From NCBI GenBank assembly GCA_963674755.2, contig CAXXVS010000003.1, forward strand, positions 384,001-448,000: 64,000 nt of DNA. Direction: 5' to 3'. The stretch's first letter is position 1. Every line of letters begins with the position of its first letter. The notes under the pieces were generated by a model that ran no database searches, was not told the origin of the DNA, and saw only the letters and a list, made by a program, of their open reading frames with translations. This document shows positions 10,084-19,520 of this stretch, in pieces. The stretch comes from Desulfobacterales bacterium (GTDB taxonomy: Bacteria > Desulfobacterota > Desulfobacteria > Desulfobacterales > UBA5852). The position numbers and the translations under genes are program-made.

Positions 10084-11220
10084 TCAGGGACCACATGACC
10101 TAGATGCAATAAGGGGGGTGGGATTGTCAACTTCCAAATGATGGGGGGTAATGCCTTCATCGGCCTGAATGGTCAAGGAAGGAGGTTGAAAACGGGCTTG
10201 CAGGCGCTGCTGGTTCCGGCGGCCGGCGCCCATCATGCGGGAAAGGTGGCGTAGGTGGATGCGGAGGCGGACGGGGCGCTGGCGGTCGGGATGACGGGCA
10301 AGGGCCGCTGTCGCCAGTTCGAGGAACACCCGGCTGTAAACGAGCTCCCCCAGAGCGGGATGATAAGGGCCAGCCAGCACCGTATCGTTCGAAGACAGGG
10401 TTTCCTCGGCCTGCAGGCCCATGCGGATGACCGGGATGTCGGAGGAGATGAATCGTAACAGCAGTCGGCTGACCAGGGTAATGGTTTCCGCCAGGCCCAT
10501 AGGGATAAAGTCGCCCTTGCGGAATTGTCGGGCCAGCGGGCTGCCGTCCAGCACCACGGTCGGATAGATGCGCACCGTGTCAGGCGCCAACCGGATCATG
10601 GCTTCGGCGGTCTGCGCGGCGCCCTGCAGGGTGTCGCCGGGAAGGCCGGTCATCATCTGGAGCCCTAAGGCGTAGCCGGCGGATTTGATCCGGTGTGCCG
10701 CCGCGGCGGTGCAGGCCGCGGTATGCCCACGGTAGTTGCATGCCAGCACCCGGTCGTCCATGGATTGCAGCCCCAGCTCGATGGTGGCGACAGGGAAGTC
10801 GTGGATGGCAGCCAGCGTCTGCGGCGAAATGGTGTCCGGTCGGGTGGAAAAGCGGATACCGCCCGCTTCCCCCCGGCGAACAAAGCCTGCGGCGACGGCC
10901 AGCAGGTCCTGCACCAGTCCTGTCGGCAGACCGAGAAAATTACCCCCGTAAAAGGCGATCTCCACCGGGCGCTTGGAATCGCGCACACGAGGTAGCCAGG
11001 TGCGCACCGTTTGTTCAACCGTGGCGGTCGAAAGGCGGTGGGGGGACACTCCGGTAATGGCGGTCTGATTACAAAAACTGCAGCGGTGCGGGCATCCGGA
11101 AAGGGGGATGAACACCGGGATGATGAACGGACGCAGAGGGGTGTGGCTGCCAGGCGCCAGCCCCTTGACAGCGGCCAGGGTGCGGTCGTTGACATGCCGG
11201 ATGGAAAACCATTCATTCAT
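10084..11220 (-). CDS. Radical SAM protein (Elp3/HemZ-like, rnc-associated)
   Basis: GCPHRCSFCNQ (CxxxCxxC), FYGGNF, STRPD, ELGLQS, RIYPTVV, AGPYHPA; overlaps the rnc stop. Confidence 0.88.
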   Translation of the reverse strand: MNEWFSIRHVNDRTLAAVKGLAPGSHTPLRPFIIPVFIPLSGCPHRCSFCNQTAITGVSPHRLSTATVEQTVRTWLPRVRDSKRPVEIAFYGGNFLGLPTGLVQDLLAVAAGFVRRGEAGGIRFSTRPDTISPQTLAAIHDFPVATIELGLQSMDDRVLACNYRGHTAACTAAAAHRIKSAGYALGLQMMTGLPGDTLQGAAQTAEAMIRLAPDTVRIYPTVVLDGSPLARQFRKGDFIPMGLAETITLVSRLLLRFISSDIPVIRMGLQAEETLSSNDTVLAGPYHPALGELVYSRVFLELATAALARHPDRQRPVRLRIHLRHLSRMMGAGRRNQQRLQARFQPPSLTIQADEGITPHHLEVDNPTPLIASRSCGP

Positions 11221-11953
11221 GGTCGGAGATCTGCTTCAAGGCCTCCTGGGCGGCGGCCTGCTCCGCCGCTTTCTTGCTGCGGCCGGTGCCGATGGTCTTC
11301 AGCTGCGTGAGACGCAATTCCACAACAAAGGTCTTGTCGTGGTCCGGACCGCTTTCTTCCACGACACGGTACACCGGAACAATTTTTTCCTGATTTTGGA
11401 CATGTTCCTGCAGGCGGCTTTTGAAATCGACGATGGCCTCCGGTGTTTCGACAGCGTCCAGACGGAACGCCAGGCGGCGGTCGATCACTTCGAAAGCCGC
11501 TTCGAAACCGCCGTCCAGATAGACGGCCGCCAAAATCGCCTCCAGCGTATCGGATAAAATGGACGGCTTGTCATGCCCGCCGGTCTGCGATTCGCCACGT
11601 CCTAGTCGGACGCAGTCGCCCAGATGAAGCGATCGGGCGACCTGCGCCAGATGCGTCTCGTTGACCAGGTGGGCCCGGGCGCGTGACAACTCACCCTCCG
11701 ACAAGTTCGGATTCTGTCGCATAAGCACATGGCTGACAACGAGATTCAGGACGGCATCTCCCAAAAACTCGAGCCGCTCGTTATCCCGGACATCCGCCTG
11801 GGAATGTTCGTTGACATAGGATCGATGTTGCAGCGCTTCCGCCAGGAGGTGGGGTTTGCGAAAGTGGTAGCCGAGGGTCCCTTCCAGCGCTTGTCGGCAG
11901 TCCTCTTCGGTTGTAGACACCAAATCAGTCTCCTCTTGATGGCTATTGGACAA
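11213..11953 (-). CDS. rnc: Ribonuclease III
   Basis: NERLEFLGDAVL signature and C-terminal dsRBD (DFKSRLQE, GPDHDKTF, GRSKKAAEQ). Confidence 0.97.
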   Translation of the reverse strand: MSNSHQEETDLVSTTEEDCRQALEGTLGYHFRKPHLLAEALQHRSYVNEHSQADVRDNERLEFLGDAVLNLVVSHVLMRQNPNLSEGELSRARAHLVNETHLAQVARSLHLGDCVRLGRGESQTGGHDKPSILSDTLEAILAAVYLDGGFEAAFEVIDRRLAFRLDAVETPEAIVDFKSRLQEHVQNQEKIVPVYRVVEESGPDHDKTFVVELRLTQLKTIGTGRSKKAAEQAAAQEALKQISDHE

Positions 11954-11958
11954 ATGCC

Positions 11959-12831
11959 CTAAAGGCGGGCGACCAGTTGTTCATAAACATCAAAAGGCAC
12001 CTGAAAGCCGCCGTTCGCAGACCCCATTTCAATGTCCGGTTTGATGGCTCCGTGAAAGTCGGTACCGCCGGAGACCAGCAGACCATGCTGTTCCGCCAGC
12101 GCTATAAATTGTTGGGTTTGAGCGGCGGAATGCTCCGGATAATAGGCTTCCAGACCCAAGAGGCCAAAGGACTGCAGTTCGGCGAACAGGTCTGCCAACT
12201 GCCAGTTGCCGATCGGATGGATCAGGGCGGGGTGAGCCAGGACTGGAATACCGCCGGCCTGACGGATCAACTGAAGGGCGTCGCGGATTTCAATGCGGTA
12301 TTTGTCCACGTAGGCTGGAGCGTCGTTGCCGATAAAACGCTCAAAGGCCTCGTCAAAAGAGGCTACGACGCCCTTTTCCAATAAGCGCCGGGCAATATGG
12401 GGGCGGCCGGTTTGCTGTAAGGGATCACCGGACGCCAGTTCTTCCATCGTAATGTTGATGCCCAGATCTTGCAGCTTGGCGATAATGCGTGGGTTGCGAT
12501 TGCGGCGGGCGTCCTGGAGCTTTTGAAGCTGACGGTCAAGGGCCGCGTCGTCCGGCCGGAAGCCATAGCCCAATAGATGCAGGCTTCCCCGGCAGGGAAA
12601 TTCAGACGGCGCCTCGGTGCTCACCTCAACACCGGTTAGAAGGCGCAACTCTTGTGGGATGCCGTTTTGCAGAATTTGCTGGACGCCATCCACCGTATCA
12701 TGGTCGGTGATGGCAATGGCCGCCAATCCGAGGCGGCAGGCCCGTGCGATAATTTCTTCTGGCGTCAGCGTGCCGTCGGAGGCGGTGGAATGAATGTGGA
12801 GATCGATACTCGGATGCGGGTTATAACCCAA
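11959..12831 (-). CDS. PHP-domain metallophosphoesterase (YciV/TrpH/RNase AM-like)
   Basis: DLHIHSTASDG, AITDHDT, GVE, HLLGY, GRPHIA, LAHP, GGTDFHG. TTG start overlaps the end of dksA. Confidence 0.9.
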   Translation of the reverse strand: MGYNPHPSIDLHIHSTASDGTLTPEEIIARACRLGLAAIAITDHDTVDGVQQILQNGIPQELRLLTGVEVSTEAPSEFPCRGSLHLLGYGFRPDDAALDRQLQKLQDARRNRNPRIIAKLQDLGINITMEELASGDPLQQTGRPHIARRLLEKGVVASFDEAFERFIGNDAPAYVDKYRIEIRDALQLIRQAGGIPVLAHPALIHPIGNWQLADLFAELQSFGLLGLEAYYPEHSAAQTQQFIALAEQHGLLVSGGTDFHGAIKPDIEMGSANGGFQVPFDVYEQLVARL

Positions 12832-13183
12832 GGGCTTTTTCTTGTGCCTCTTCCTTGGTTTTACAGTCGATGCATTGGGTCGTCACTGGCCGTGCTTTGA
12901 GCCGCTTGATGGAGATTTCCTCGCCGCAGGTATCACAGATGCCGAAAGTGCCGTTTTCGATGCGATCCAACGCTTTTTTAATTTTTTTGATCAATTTGTG
13001 TTCCCGGTCCCGGATGCGCAACATGAAGTTACGGTCCGCCTCCAGGGAGGCACGGTCCGTGGGATCGGGGAAATTTTCCTTTTGGGAGGTCATGCCGGAA
13101 ACCGTATTGTCCGCCTGGCTGAGCAATTCTTCCAGTCGTTCCGACAAAAGTGTTTTAAAAAATTCAAGATCTTTCTTTTTCAT
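12821..13183 (-). CDS. dksA: RNA polymerase-binding transcription factor DksA
   Basis: FPDPTDRAS coiled-coil tip; C4 zinc finger CDTC...RLKARP...CIDC. Confidence 0.96.
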   Translation of the reverse strand: MKKKDLEFFKTLLSERLEELLSQADNTVSGMTSQKENFPDPTDRASLEADRNFMLRIRDREHKLIKKIKKALDRIENGTFGICDTCGEEISIKRLKARPVTTQCIDCKTKEEAQEKALGL

Positions 13184-13346
13184 AAGGCAACCCTTATCAT
13201 TATTAGATTGATCCTAGAATAGAAAGATGAAACGATTAACACAAGCCCTTTTTTATGTAAAGGATTACCTGCTACTCTAAATCATATAGCCGAAAATTTT
13301 CCGAAACAACCCCGGGCGGACAAAAGCGGCAAAGGAGTGTCCCGCG

Positions 13347-14012
13347 ATGGAACAACTGGATCACATCGTGCGCATCATCGCATTGAGCATGGGGGCCGCC
13401 TGGGCCAGCGGCATCAACCTGTATGCGGCCATCCTTACATTGGGATTTTTGGGCGCTACCGGCCAAATGGCCCTGCCGGCCGACCTTCAGATTCTTACCG
13501 CGCCCATCGTCATGATGGCCGCCGCGGTGATGTTTTGCATCGAATTTTTTGCCGATAAAGTGCCCGGCATGGACACGGGCTGGGACGCGATTCACAGTTT
13601 TATTCGGATTCCCGGGGGCGCCCTGCTCGCGGCCGGTGCCGTGGGGGACGTGAATCCGGCGGTTATGATTGCCGCCGGTATTTTGGGCGGTGGTTTAGCG
13701 GCCGGCACCCACGCAGCCAAAGCCGGCAGCCGCGTTCTGATCAACACCTCGCCCGAACCGTTTACCAACTGGATTGCCTCCCTGGGCGAGGATGTTACGG
13801 TGATTGCCGGTGTTTGGGCGGCCCTGGTTCATCCCTGGTTTTTTCTGGCCTGTCTATCGGTTTTTATTGTGTTGTTGATTTGGCTGCTGCCCAAATTGTG
13901 GCGGGGTATCAAAGCGGTCTTTACGAAACTGGCCTCCCTGTTCAAGCAAACGGGGGCCCGTGCCGCGCCTGCGGGTGCAGGGGATGATCCCGTGGCCTCC
14001 GATCGTCCCTGA
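13347..14012 (+). CDS. DUF4126-like membrane protein
   Basis: ASGINLYA, EFFADKVPGMD..WD, SPEPFTNWIASLGED motifs; multiple TMs. Confidence 0.8.
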   Translation: MEQLDHIVRIIALSMGAAWASGINLYAAILTLGFLGATGQMALPADLQILTAPIVMMAAAVMFCIEFFADKVPGMDTGWDAIHSFIRIPGGALLAAGAVGDVNPAVMIAAGILGGGLAAGTHAAKAGSRVLINTSPEPFTNWIASLGEDVTVIAGVWAALVHPWFFLACLSVFIVLLIWLLPKLWRGIKAVFTKLASLFKQTGARAAPAGAGDDPVASDRP

Positions 14013-14036
14013 AGCAACCTTTGGGAGAAGGGCCGG

Positions 14037-14065
14037 TTGCATTCAAGAATCATTTGGCGTAAAAG
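14037..14065 (+). promoter_or_regulatory. Candidate sigma70 promoter for riboswitch-cobT
   Basis: TTGCAT-N17-TAAAAG just upstream of the riboswitch P1. Confidence 0.55.
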
Positions 14066-14072
14066 GGATTGC

Positions 14073-14250
14073 GTTGTCGCGGTGCCCCTTGCTTGACGGG
14101 GGGTGAAAAGGGAATACGGTGAAAATCCGTAGCGTTGGACCGGCGCTGTAAGCAGGGACCGGCATTGCAAGCGGCCACTGCCCGAATTTCATAGGGCGGG
14201 AAGGCGCGGTGCCTGGGATGATCTGCAAGTCAGAAGACCTGCCCGGCAAC
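14073..14250 (+). ncRNA. Cobalamin riboswitch
   Basis: GGTGC...AAAAGGGAATACGGTGAAAATCCG...CTGTAA...GCCACTG...GGGAAGG...AGTCAGAAGACCTGCC (B12 box); P1 GTTGTCG/CGGCAAC; upstream of cobT. Confidence 0.93.
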
Positions 14251-14287
14251 CTCACAAATGATAAGGAATGATGGTGTCCGCTGATTT

Positions 14288-14326
14288 CCGTGTATCGCAC
14301 CTCGGTGCGATGCACGGTTTTTTTTT
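14288..14326 (+). terminator. Riboswitch expression-platform intrinsic terminator
   Basis: CCGTGTATCGCACC-TC-GGTGCGATGCACGG followed by T9. Confidence 0.88.
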
Positions 14327-14446
14327 GGAGGCGCGGATTAAGCGCCCTCCCACGGTCCGCGCACCGCGTCCCCTCGGGTTGGGGACCCGGTGCGACAGCG
14401 GGTTGCCGTCTTGTTTTCATCCAGGCCTAAACAATAAGGAGATGTC

Positions 14447-15508
14447 ATGAAACGCCTACAAGCCGCCCTCGACCGAATTCAACCACCGAATAGCGAATGG
14501 CAACAGCGTGCCCACGAACGCCTGCGCCAGCAGGCCCGACCCGCCGGCAGCCTGGGGATCCTGGAAGACGTGGGCGCCCGTCTGGCCGGCATCGCAGGCA
14601 CGCTGGACGTGCATCTCAACCGCAAAGTCATCGTGACCTGCGCCGGGGATCACGGCGTCTGTGCCGAGGGTGTAAGCCTTTTCCCGTCTGAGGTCACCCC
14701 CCAGATGGTCTATAATTTTGTCCATGGAGGGGCGTCCATCAATGTGCTGGCGCGCCACGCCGGAGCCGAAGTTAAAGTGGCCGATCTCGGCGTGAACTGG
14801 GATTTCGAACCGGACCTGCCCATTTTCCACACAAAGGTTGGCAAGGGGACCGCCAATTTTGCACGGGGGCCGGCCATGAGCCGGGATGAGGCCATCCAGA
14901 GCATCGAAGCCGGCATTGGCATCATCGAAGAACTGCACGCCGAAGCGCGCGTCGATCTTCTCGGGACCGGTGACATGGGCATCGGCAACACCACGCCGTC
15001 CACCGCCATCATTGCGGCTTTTTCAGGCCTGCCGGTGGATCAACTCACCGGGCGGGGCACCGGCATCGACGACGGCGCCCTGCAGCACAAGGTAGCGGTC
15101 ATCAAAAAGGGACTGGCCCTTAATCGGCCCGATCCGCGGGATGCCCTGGATGTGCTCGCCAAGGTGGGGGGATTCGAAATCGGGGGCTTGGCAGGACTGG
15201 TGATCGGTGCCGCCGCCAACGGCGTGCCGGTGGTCTGCGACGGATTCATCGCCACCGCCGGTGCCCTGGTGGCTTGCGAACTGGCCCCGACGGCCCGGGA
15301 TTATCTGTTCACCAGCCATAATTCCGTCGAAATCGGCCATCGCTACATGCTCAGCCGGCTGGATCGGGAACCGCTGCTGGATCTCAAATTCAGGCTGGGG
15401 GAGGGCACTGGTGCCGCGGCGGCGATGGAATTGATGGACATGGCCACCCGCATTCTGGCGGACATCAAAACGTTCGAGGAAGTGGCCATCCAGGATGCCC
15501 AGGGTTGA
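14447..15508 (+). CDS. cobT: Nicotinate-nucleotide--dimethylbenzimidazole phosphoribosyltransferase
   Basis: PAGSLG, AGDHGV, GDMGIGNTTPS, GGFEI, DGFI, RLGEGTGA motifs; AGGAG SD. Confidence 0.96.
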   Translation: MKRLQAALDRIQPPNSEWQQRAHERLRQQARPAGSLGILEDVGARLAGIAGTLDVHLNRKVIVTCAGDHGVCAEGVSLFPSEVTPQMVYNFVHGGASINVLARHAGAEVKVADLGVNWDFEPDLPIFHTKVGKGTANFARGPAMSRDEAIQSIEAGIGIIEELHAEARVDLLGTGDMGIGNTTPSTAIIAAFSGLPVDQLTGRGTGIDDGALQHKVAVIKKGLALNRPDPRDALDVLAKVGGFEIGGLAGLVIGAAANGVPVVCDGFIATAGALVACELAPTARDYLFTSHNSVEIGHRYMLSRLDREPLLDLKFRLGEGTGAAAAMELMDMATRILADIKTFEEVAIQDAQG

Positions 15509-15532
15509 ACGTTTTTTAAGGGGAGGGTTTTC

Positions 15533-16519
15533 TCAGATCCCCACTTCGCCGGCAAAATGGCAGGCGGCCTGGTGGCCGTCGCGCACCTCCCGCAACGCCG
15601 GTTCCTGCTCCGCGCAGATCTCCCGGGCATAGTGGCAGCGGGTATGGAAGCGGCAACCCGGGGGGGGATTGATCGGGCTGGGGACATCGCCTTTGAGGAG
15701 GATGCGGTTTTGCTTCTTTTGGGGGTCCGGCATGGGCGATGCACTCAGCAGCGCCTGGGTATACGGGTGCAGGGGCGTGCGGTAAACGGCCTGGCTGGCA
15801 GCGATTTCCACGATCTTGCCGAGGTACATGACGGCCACCCGGTCGCTGATATATTCCACCACATGCAGATCGTGTGAAATGAACAGATAGGTCAGACCGA
15901 ATTCGTTTTGCAGATCCTTGAGCAGGTTGATGACCTGGGCTTGGATGGAAACGTCCAGCGCTGATACGGCCTCGTCGCAGACCACGAGATCCGGGTTCAG
16001 GGCCAGAGCCCGGGCGACGCCGATACGCTGCCGCTGACCGCCGGAGAACATGTGGGGGTAGCGGCGCATGTGTTCCTTGCTGAGCCCCACCACCTCGAGC
16101 AGTTCCAGGACGCGCGCCTCGCGTTCCCGGCGGCTTTTCATCCCGTGGATCAAAAGCGGTTCGCCAACAATGGAGGCCACAGGCTTGCGGGGGTTCAGGG
16201 AAGAAAACGGGTCCTGAAAGATGATCTGCATTTTTTGGCGCAACGCCCGAATTTGCTGGGCATCGTAAGTGAGAATATTGTCGCCGTCAAACCACACCTC
16301 ACCTGCGGTGGGCTCCTCCAGGCGCATGATGGCCCGGCCGAAAGTGGACTTGCCGCAACCCGATTCCCCCACCAGCCCCAGGGTTTCCCCCTTGCAGATG
16401 CTCAGGCTGATGTTGTCCACGGCCTTGACCGCGGCGATTTCTTTCATAAATACGCCCCCGCGGATCGGATAATATTTGATCAGGCGGCGGGCGTCCAGCA
16501 GGGGCTTCGTATCAGGCAT
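15533..16519 (-). CDS. dppF: Dipeptide/oligopeptide ABC ATPase (DppF/OppF)
   Basis: [25 protein letters not shown], Cys-rich tail GCRFHTRC...ACH. Confidence 0.92.
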   Translation of the reverse strand: MPDTKPLLDARRLIKYYPIRGGVFMKEIAAVKAVDNISLSICKGETLGLVGESGCGKSTFGRAIMRLEEPTAGEVWFDGDNILTYDAQQIRALRQKMQIIFQDPFSSLNPRKPVASIVGEPLLIHGMKSRREREARVLELLEVVGLSKEHMRRYPHMFSGGQRQRIGVARALALNPDLVVCDEAVSALDVSIQAQVINLLKDLQNEFGLTYLFISHDLHVVEYISDRVAVMYLGKIVEIAASQAVYRTPLHPYTQALLSASPMPDPQKKQNRILLKGDVPSPINPPPGCRFHTRCHYAREICAEQEPALREVRDGHQAACHFAGEVGI

Positions 16520-17495
16520 ATTTCAGACACCGTGCCATATGGTTTGGGCCGACCGAATACATTTGCGGCTCGATCCGGCGGCAGTCGTCAAAAACATCGG
16601 GGCAGCGATCGCTGAACAGGCAGCCTTGCGGCAGGTCGAACAAGGACGGTACGACGCCCTTGATGGTGCTCAAACGCCCCTCGGCCGTTTTTTGCCCCAG
16701 AACGGGGATCGACTCCAGCAGACCGATGGTATACGGGTGTTTGGGCGTGGCGAAAAGCGTCTCGACATCCGTGTATTCCACCATGCGGCCGGCATACATC
16801 ACGGCCACGTGCTGGGCCATTTCGGCGATGACCCCCAAATCGTGGGTAATGAACAGGATCGAGGCCCCGGTATCGGCTTTGAGCTTGTTCATGAGGTCCA
16901 GGATCTGGGCCTGAATGGTCACATCCAGGGCCGTGGTGGGTTCGTCGGCGATCATCAGGCGTGGATTGCAGGCCAGCGCCATGGCGATCATGACCCGCTG
17001 GCGCATCCCGCCGCTCATCTGGTGGGGGTAGTCATCCAGGCGGGTTTCCGGGGCCGGGATCCCGACCTGTTTGAAGATATCCAGCACACGGCGGCGGGTT
17101 TCCGGCCGGGATAATTTCCGGTGCAGACGCAGCACTTCCCCCACCTGATCGCCCACCGTGAAAACGGGGTTCAGCGATGTCATGGGCTCCTGAAAGATCA
17201 TCGAGATGCGGTTGCCCCGAATTTTGCGCATCTCGGCTTTCGGGAGACGGAGCAGGTCTTTACCGTCGAACCAGATGCGGCCGTCCACGATTTTTCCGGG
17301 GGGCTCCGGAATCAGCTGGATGATGGAATGGGCGGTGACGCTTTTGCCGCAGCCCGACTCCCCCACCAGACCCAGGGTTTCACCCGGCTGAATGGCGAGG
17401 CTGACATCGTCGACGGCCCGGGCGACACGCCCCCTGACATAAAAATAGGTCTTGAGGTTTTCGATGTTCAGAAGGGGGGCTGCGTTCATGTCCAT
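16512..17495 (-). CDS. dppD: Dipeptide/oligopeptide ABC ATPase (DppD/OppD)
   Basis: [42 protein letters not shown]. Confidence 0.92.
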   Translation of the reverse strand: MDMNAAPLLNIENLKTYFYVRGRVARAVDDVSLAIQPGETLGLVGESGCGKSVTAHSIIQLIPEPPGKIVDGRIWFDGKDLLRLPKAEMRKIRGNRISMIFQEPMTSLNPVFTVGDQVGEVLRLHRKLSRPETRRRVLDIFKQVGIPAPETRLDDYPHQMSGGMRQRVMIAMALACNPRLMIADEPTTALDVTIQAQILDLMNKLKADTGASILFITHDLGVIAEMAQHVAVMYAGRMVEYTDVETLFATPKHPYTIGLLESIPVLGQKTAEGRLSTIKGVVPSLFDLPQGCLFSDRCPDVFDDCRRIEPQMYSVGPNHMARCLKYA

Positions 17496-17500
17496 CCCGT

Positions 17501-18385
17501 TTAGTCCCGCAATCTCGGATCCAGGGCGTCCCGCAGCCCGTCACCCAGCAGGTTGAAGCCCAATACCGCCAACAGAATCGCGATGCCCGGGAAGGTCATG
17601 ACCCAGGAGGCGCGCAGAATCAAGGCCCGGCTGCGGGCAATCATGCCTCCCCATTCAGGGGTGGGCGGCTGGGCGCCGAGGCCCAGGAAGCTCAGGGCGG
17701 CCGCGTCCAGAATGGCCGATGCCATGCTCAGGGTGGTCTGAACGATAAGCGGACCCAGACAATTGGGCAGGATGCCGATGAAAATAATGCGCCAGTCCCG
17801 GGCGCCCACCGCGCGGGCCGCCATGACGTAATCCTTTTCGCATTCCTCCAACACGCTGCCGCGCACAATGCGGGCAAAGCGGGGCACGTAAGTGACACCG
17901 ATCGCCATCATGGCGTTCTGCAGGCTGGGGCCGAGAAAGGCCACCACCACGATGGCCAGAAGCAGATAGGGAAAGGCCAGGATCATGTCCATGATGCGCA
18001 TGATCAGGCTGTCCCAAAACCCCTTGTAGTAGCCGGAGATACAGCCCAGGAAAGTGCCCAAGGTAAAAGCGATCCCGACACTGACGATGGCCACCGTGAG
18101 GGACACCCGGGCGCCGTAAATGATGCGTGACAGCGTATCCCGCCCCAGCTCATCCGTTCCCAGAATATTTTCCCATTTGCCGGTTTCATGCCAGACGGGC
18201 GGCTTGAGCTGGTCGTACAGGGAGGTTTCTACAGGGTTGTGGGGGCTGAGAAACGGCGCGAAAATCGCCATCAGGATAAATGCCGTAACGATGATCAGTC
18301 CTGCAATGGCGGTCTTGTTGCGCCAGAGCTGACTGATCTGCTCGAAAAACGGGTGGCGATCATATGGATTTTTAGGTTTCGCCAT
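17501..18385 (-). CDS. dppC: Dipeptide ABC permease (DppC)
   Basis: [39 protein letters not shown]. Confidence 0.92.
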   Translation of the reverse strand: MAKPKNPYDRHPFFEQISQLWRNKTAIAGLIIVTAFILMAIFAPFLSPHNPVETSLYDQLKPPVWHETGKWENILGTDELGRDTLSRIIYGARVSLTVAIVSVGIAFTLGTFLGCISGYYKGFWDSLIMRIMDMILAFPYLLLAIVVVAFLGPSLQNAMMAIGVTYVPRFARIVRGSVLEECEKDYVMAARAVGARDWRIIFIGILPNCLGPLIVQTTLSMASAILDAAALSFLGLGAQPPTPEWGGMIARSRALILRASWVMTFPGIAILLAVLGFNLLGDGLRDALDPRLRD

Positions 18386-18431
18386 AGTGCAATCTTATCG
18401 TAGGCCGTGTATCAGCCATACCTCCGGTCGC

Positions 18432-19436
18432 CTACTGGATGCTGATCCGCGGGTTGATCACCGCGTAGAGAACATCCACGAAAAGGTTGATGACCACGAA
18501 GAGACCGGCAATCAAAAGGGTGCCGCCCTGAATTACCATATAATCGCGCTGCATGACGGCATCGTACATCCACTTGCCGACCCCGGGCCAGGCAAAGATC
18601 GTTTCCGTCAGGATGGCCCCGCCCAGCAGGACCCCGAACTGCAGGCCGATGGTGGTGACAACCGGTATCATGGCGTTGCGCAGGGCATGCTTGAAAATCA
18701 CGGCGAGCTGCGAGAGTCCCTTGGCCTTGGCGGTTTTGATGTAGTCCTGGCGCAGCACATCCAGCATGGCCGAGCGGGTCATGCGGGCCACGATGGCGGT
18801 CGGAATGGTGCTCAAGGTCACCGCCGGCATGATGATGTGCCAGACCGCATCTTTGAAGGCCGGCCAGTTGCGGGTGATGACGGCATCCAGAATATAAAAA
18901 TTGGTGATCACGTCAAGATCGATGCCGATGCTCAGACGGCCGGACAGGGGCAGCCAGCCCAGGTTAAGGGAGAAGATCAGCATGAAAACCAGCCCCAGCC
19001 AGAAAATAGGCATGCTGACTCCGGCCAGGGCGCCGACCATACTGACATAGTCGAACACCGAATACTGCTTGGTGGCCGATATGATGCCCAGGATCATGCC
19101 GGCTACGCAGCTGATAAAAAGGGCCACCAACGATAATTCGATGGTGGCCGGGAAGCGTTGCTTGACCTCGGTCCAGACCTTCTGACGGGTCCAGATGGTT
19201 TCCCCCAAATCGCCCTTGAGCAGACGCCCCATAAACATGCCGTACTGCACATAGAGCGGTTCGTTGAGTCCCAGATGCTCCCGCAACTGCTGCAGGGACT
19301 CTTCGGTGGCGCGCTCACCCATCAGCAGCTCGGCCGGATCCCCGGGCGTGGCGTGCAGCATCAGAAAAACGATGATGGTGACGCCCAACAGGGTGGGGAT
19401 CATGATCATGATGCGTCGGAGGATATAGGCTAGCAT
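18432..19436 (-). CDS. dppB: Dipeptide ABC permease (DppB)
   Basis: PGDPA, RFPATIEL, DYIKTAKAKGL, HALRNA, ETIFAWPG. Confidence 0.92.
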   Translation of the reverse strand: MLAYILRRIMIMIPTLLGVTIIVFLMLHATPGDPAELLMGERATEESLQQLREHLGLNEPLYVQYGMFMGRLLKGDLGETIWTRQKVWTEVKQRFPATIELSLVALFISCVAGMILGIISATKQYSVFDYVSMVGALAGVSMPIFWLGLVFMLIFSLNLGWLPLSGRLSIGIDLDVITNFYILDAVITRNWPAFKDAVWHIIMPAVTLSTIPTAIVARMTRSAMLDVLRQDYIKTAKAKGLSQLAVIFKHALRNAMIPVVTTIGLQFGVLLGGAILTETIFAWPGVGKWMYDAVMQRDYMVIQGGTLLIAGLFVVINLFVDVLYAVINPRISIQ

Positions 19437-19520
19437 AATCCGATCGATTTCGAAAAAGGGTCGAACGGGAGGACGATCAGTTGATGGCCCCCCCGTTCAT
19501 CTGCCGTTATTCAGACGATT

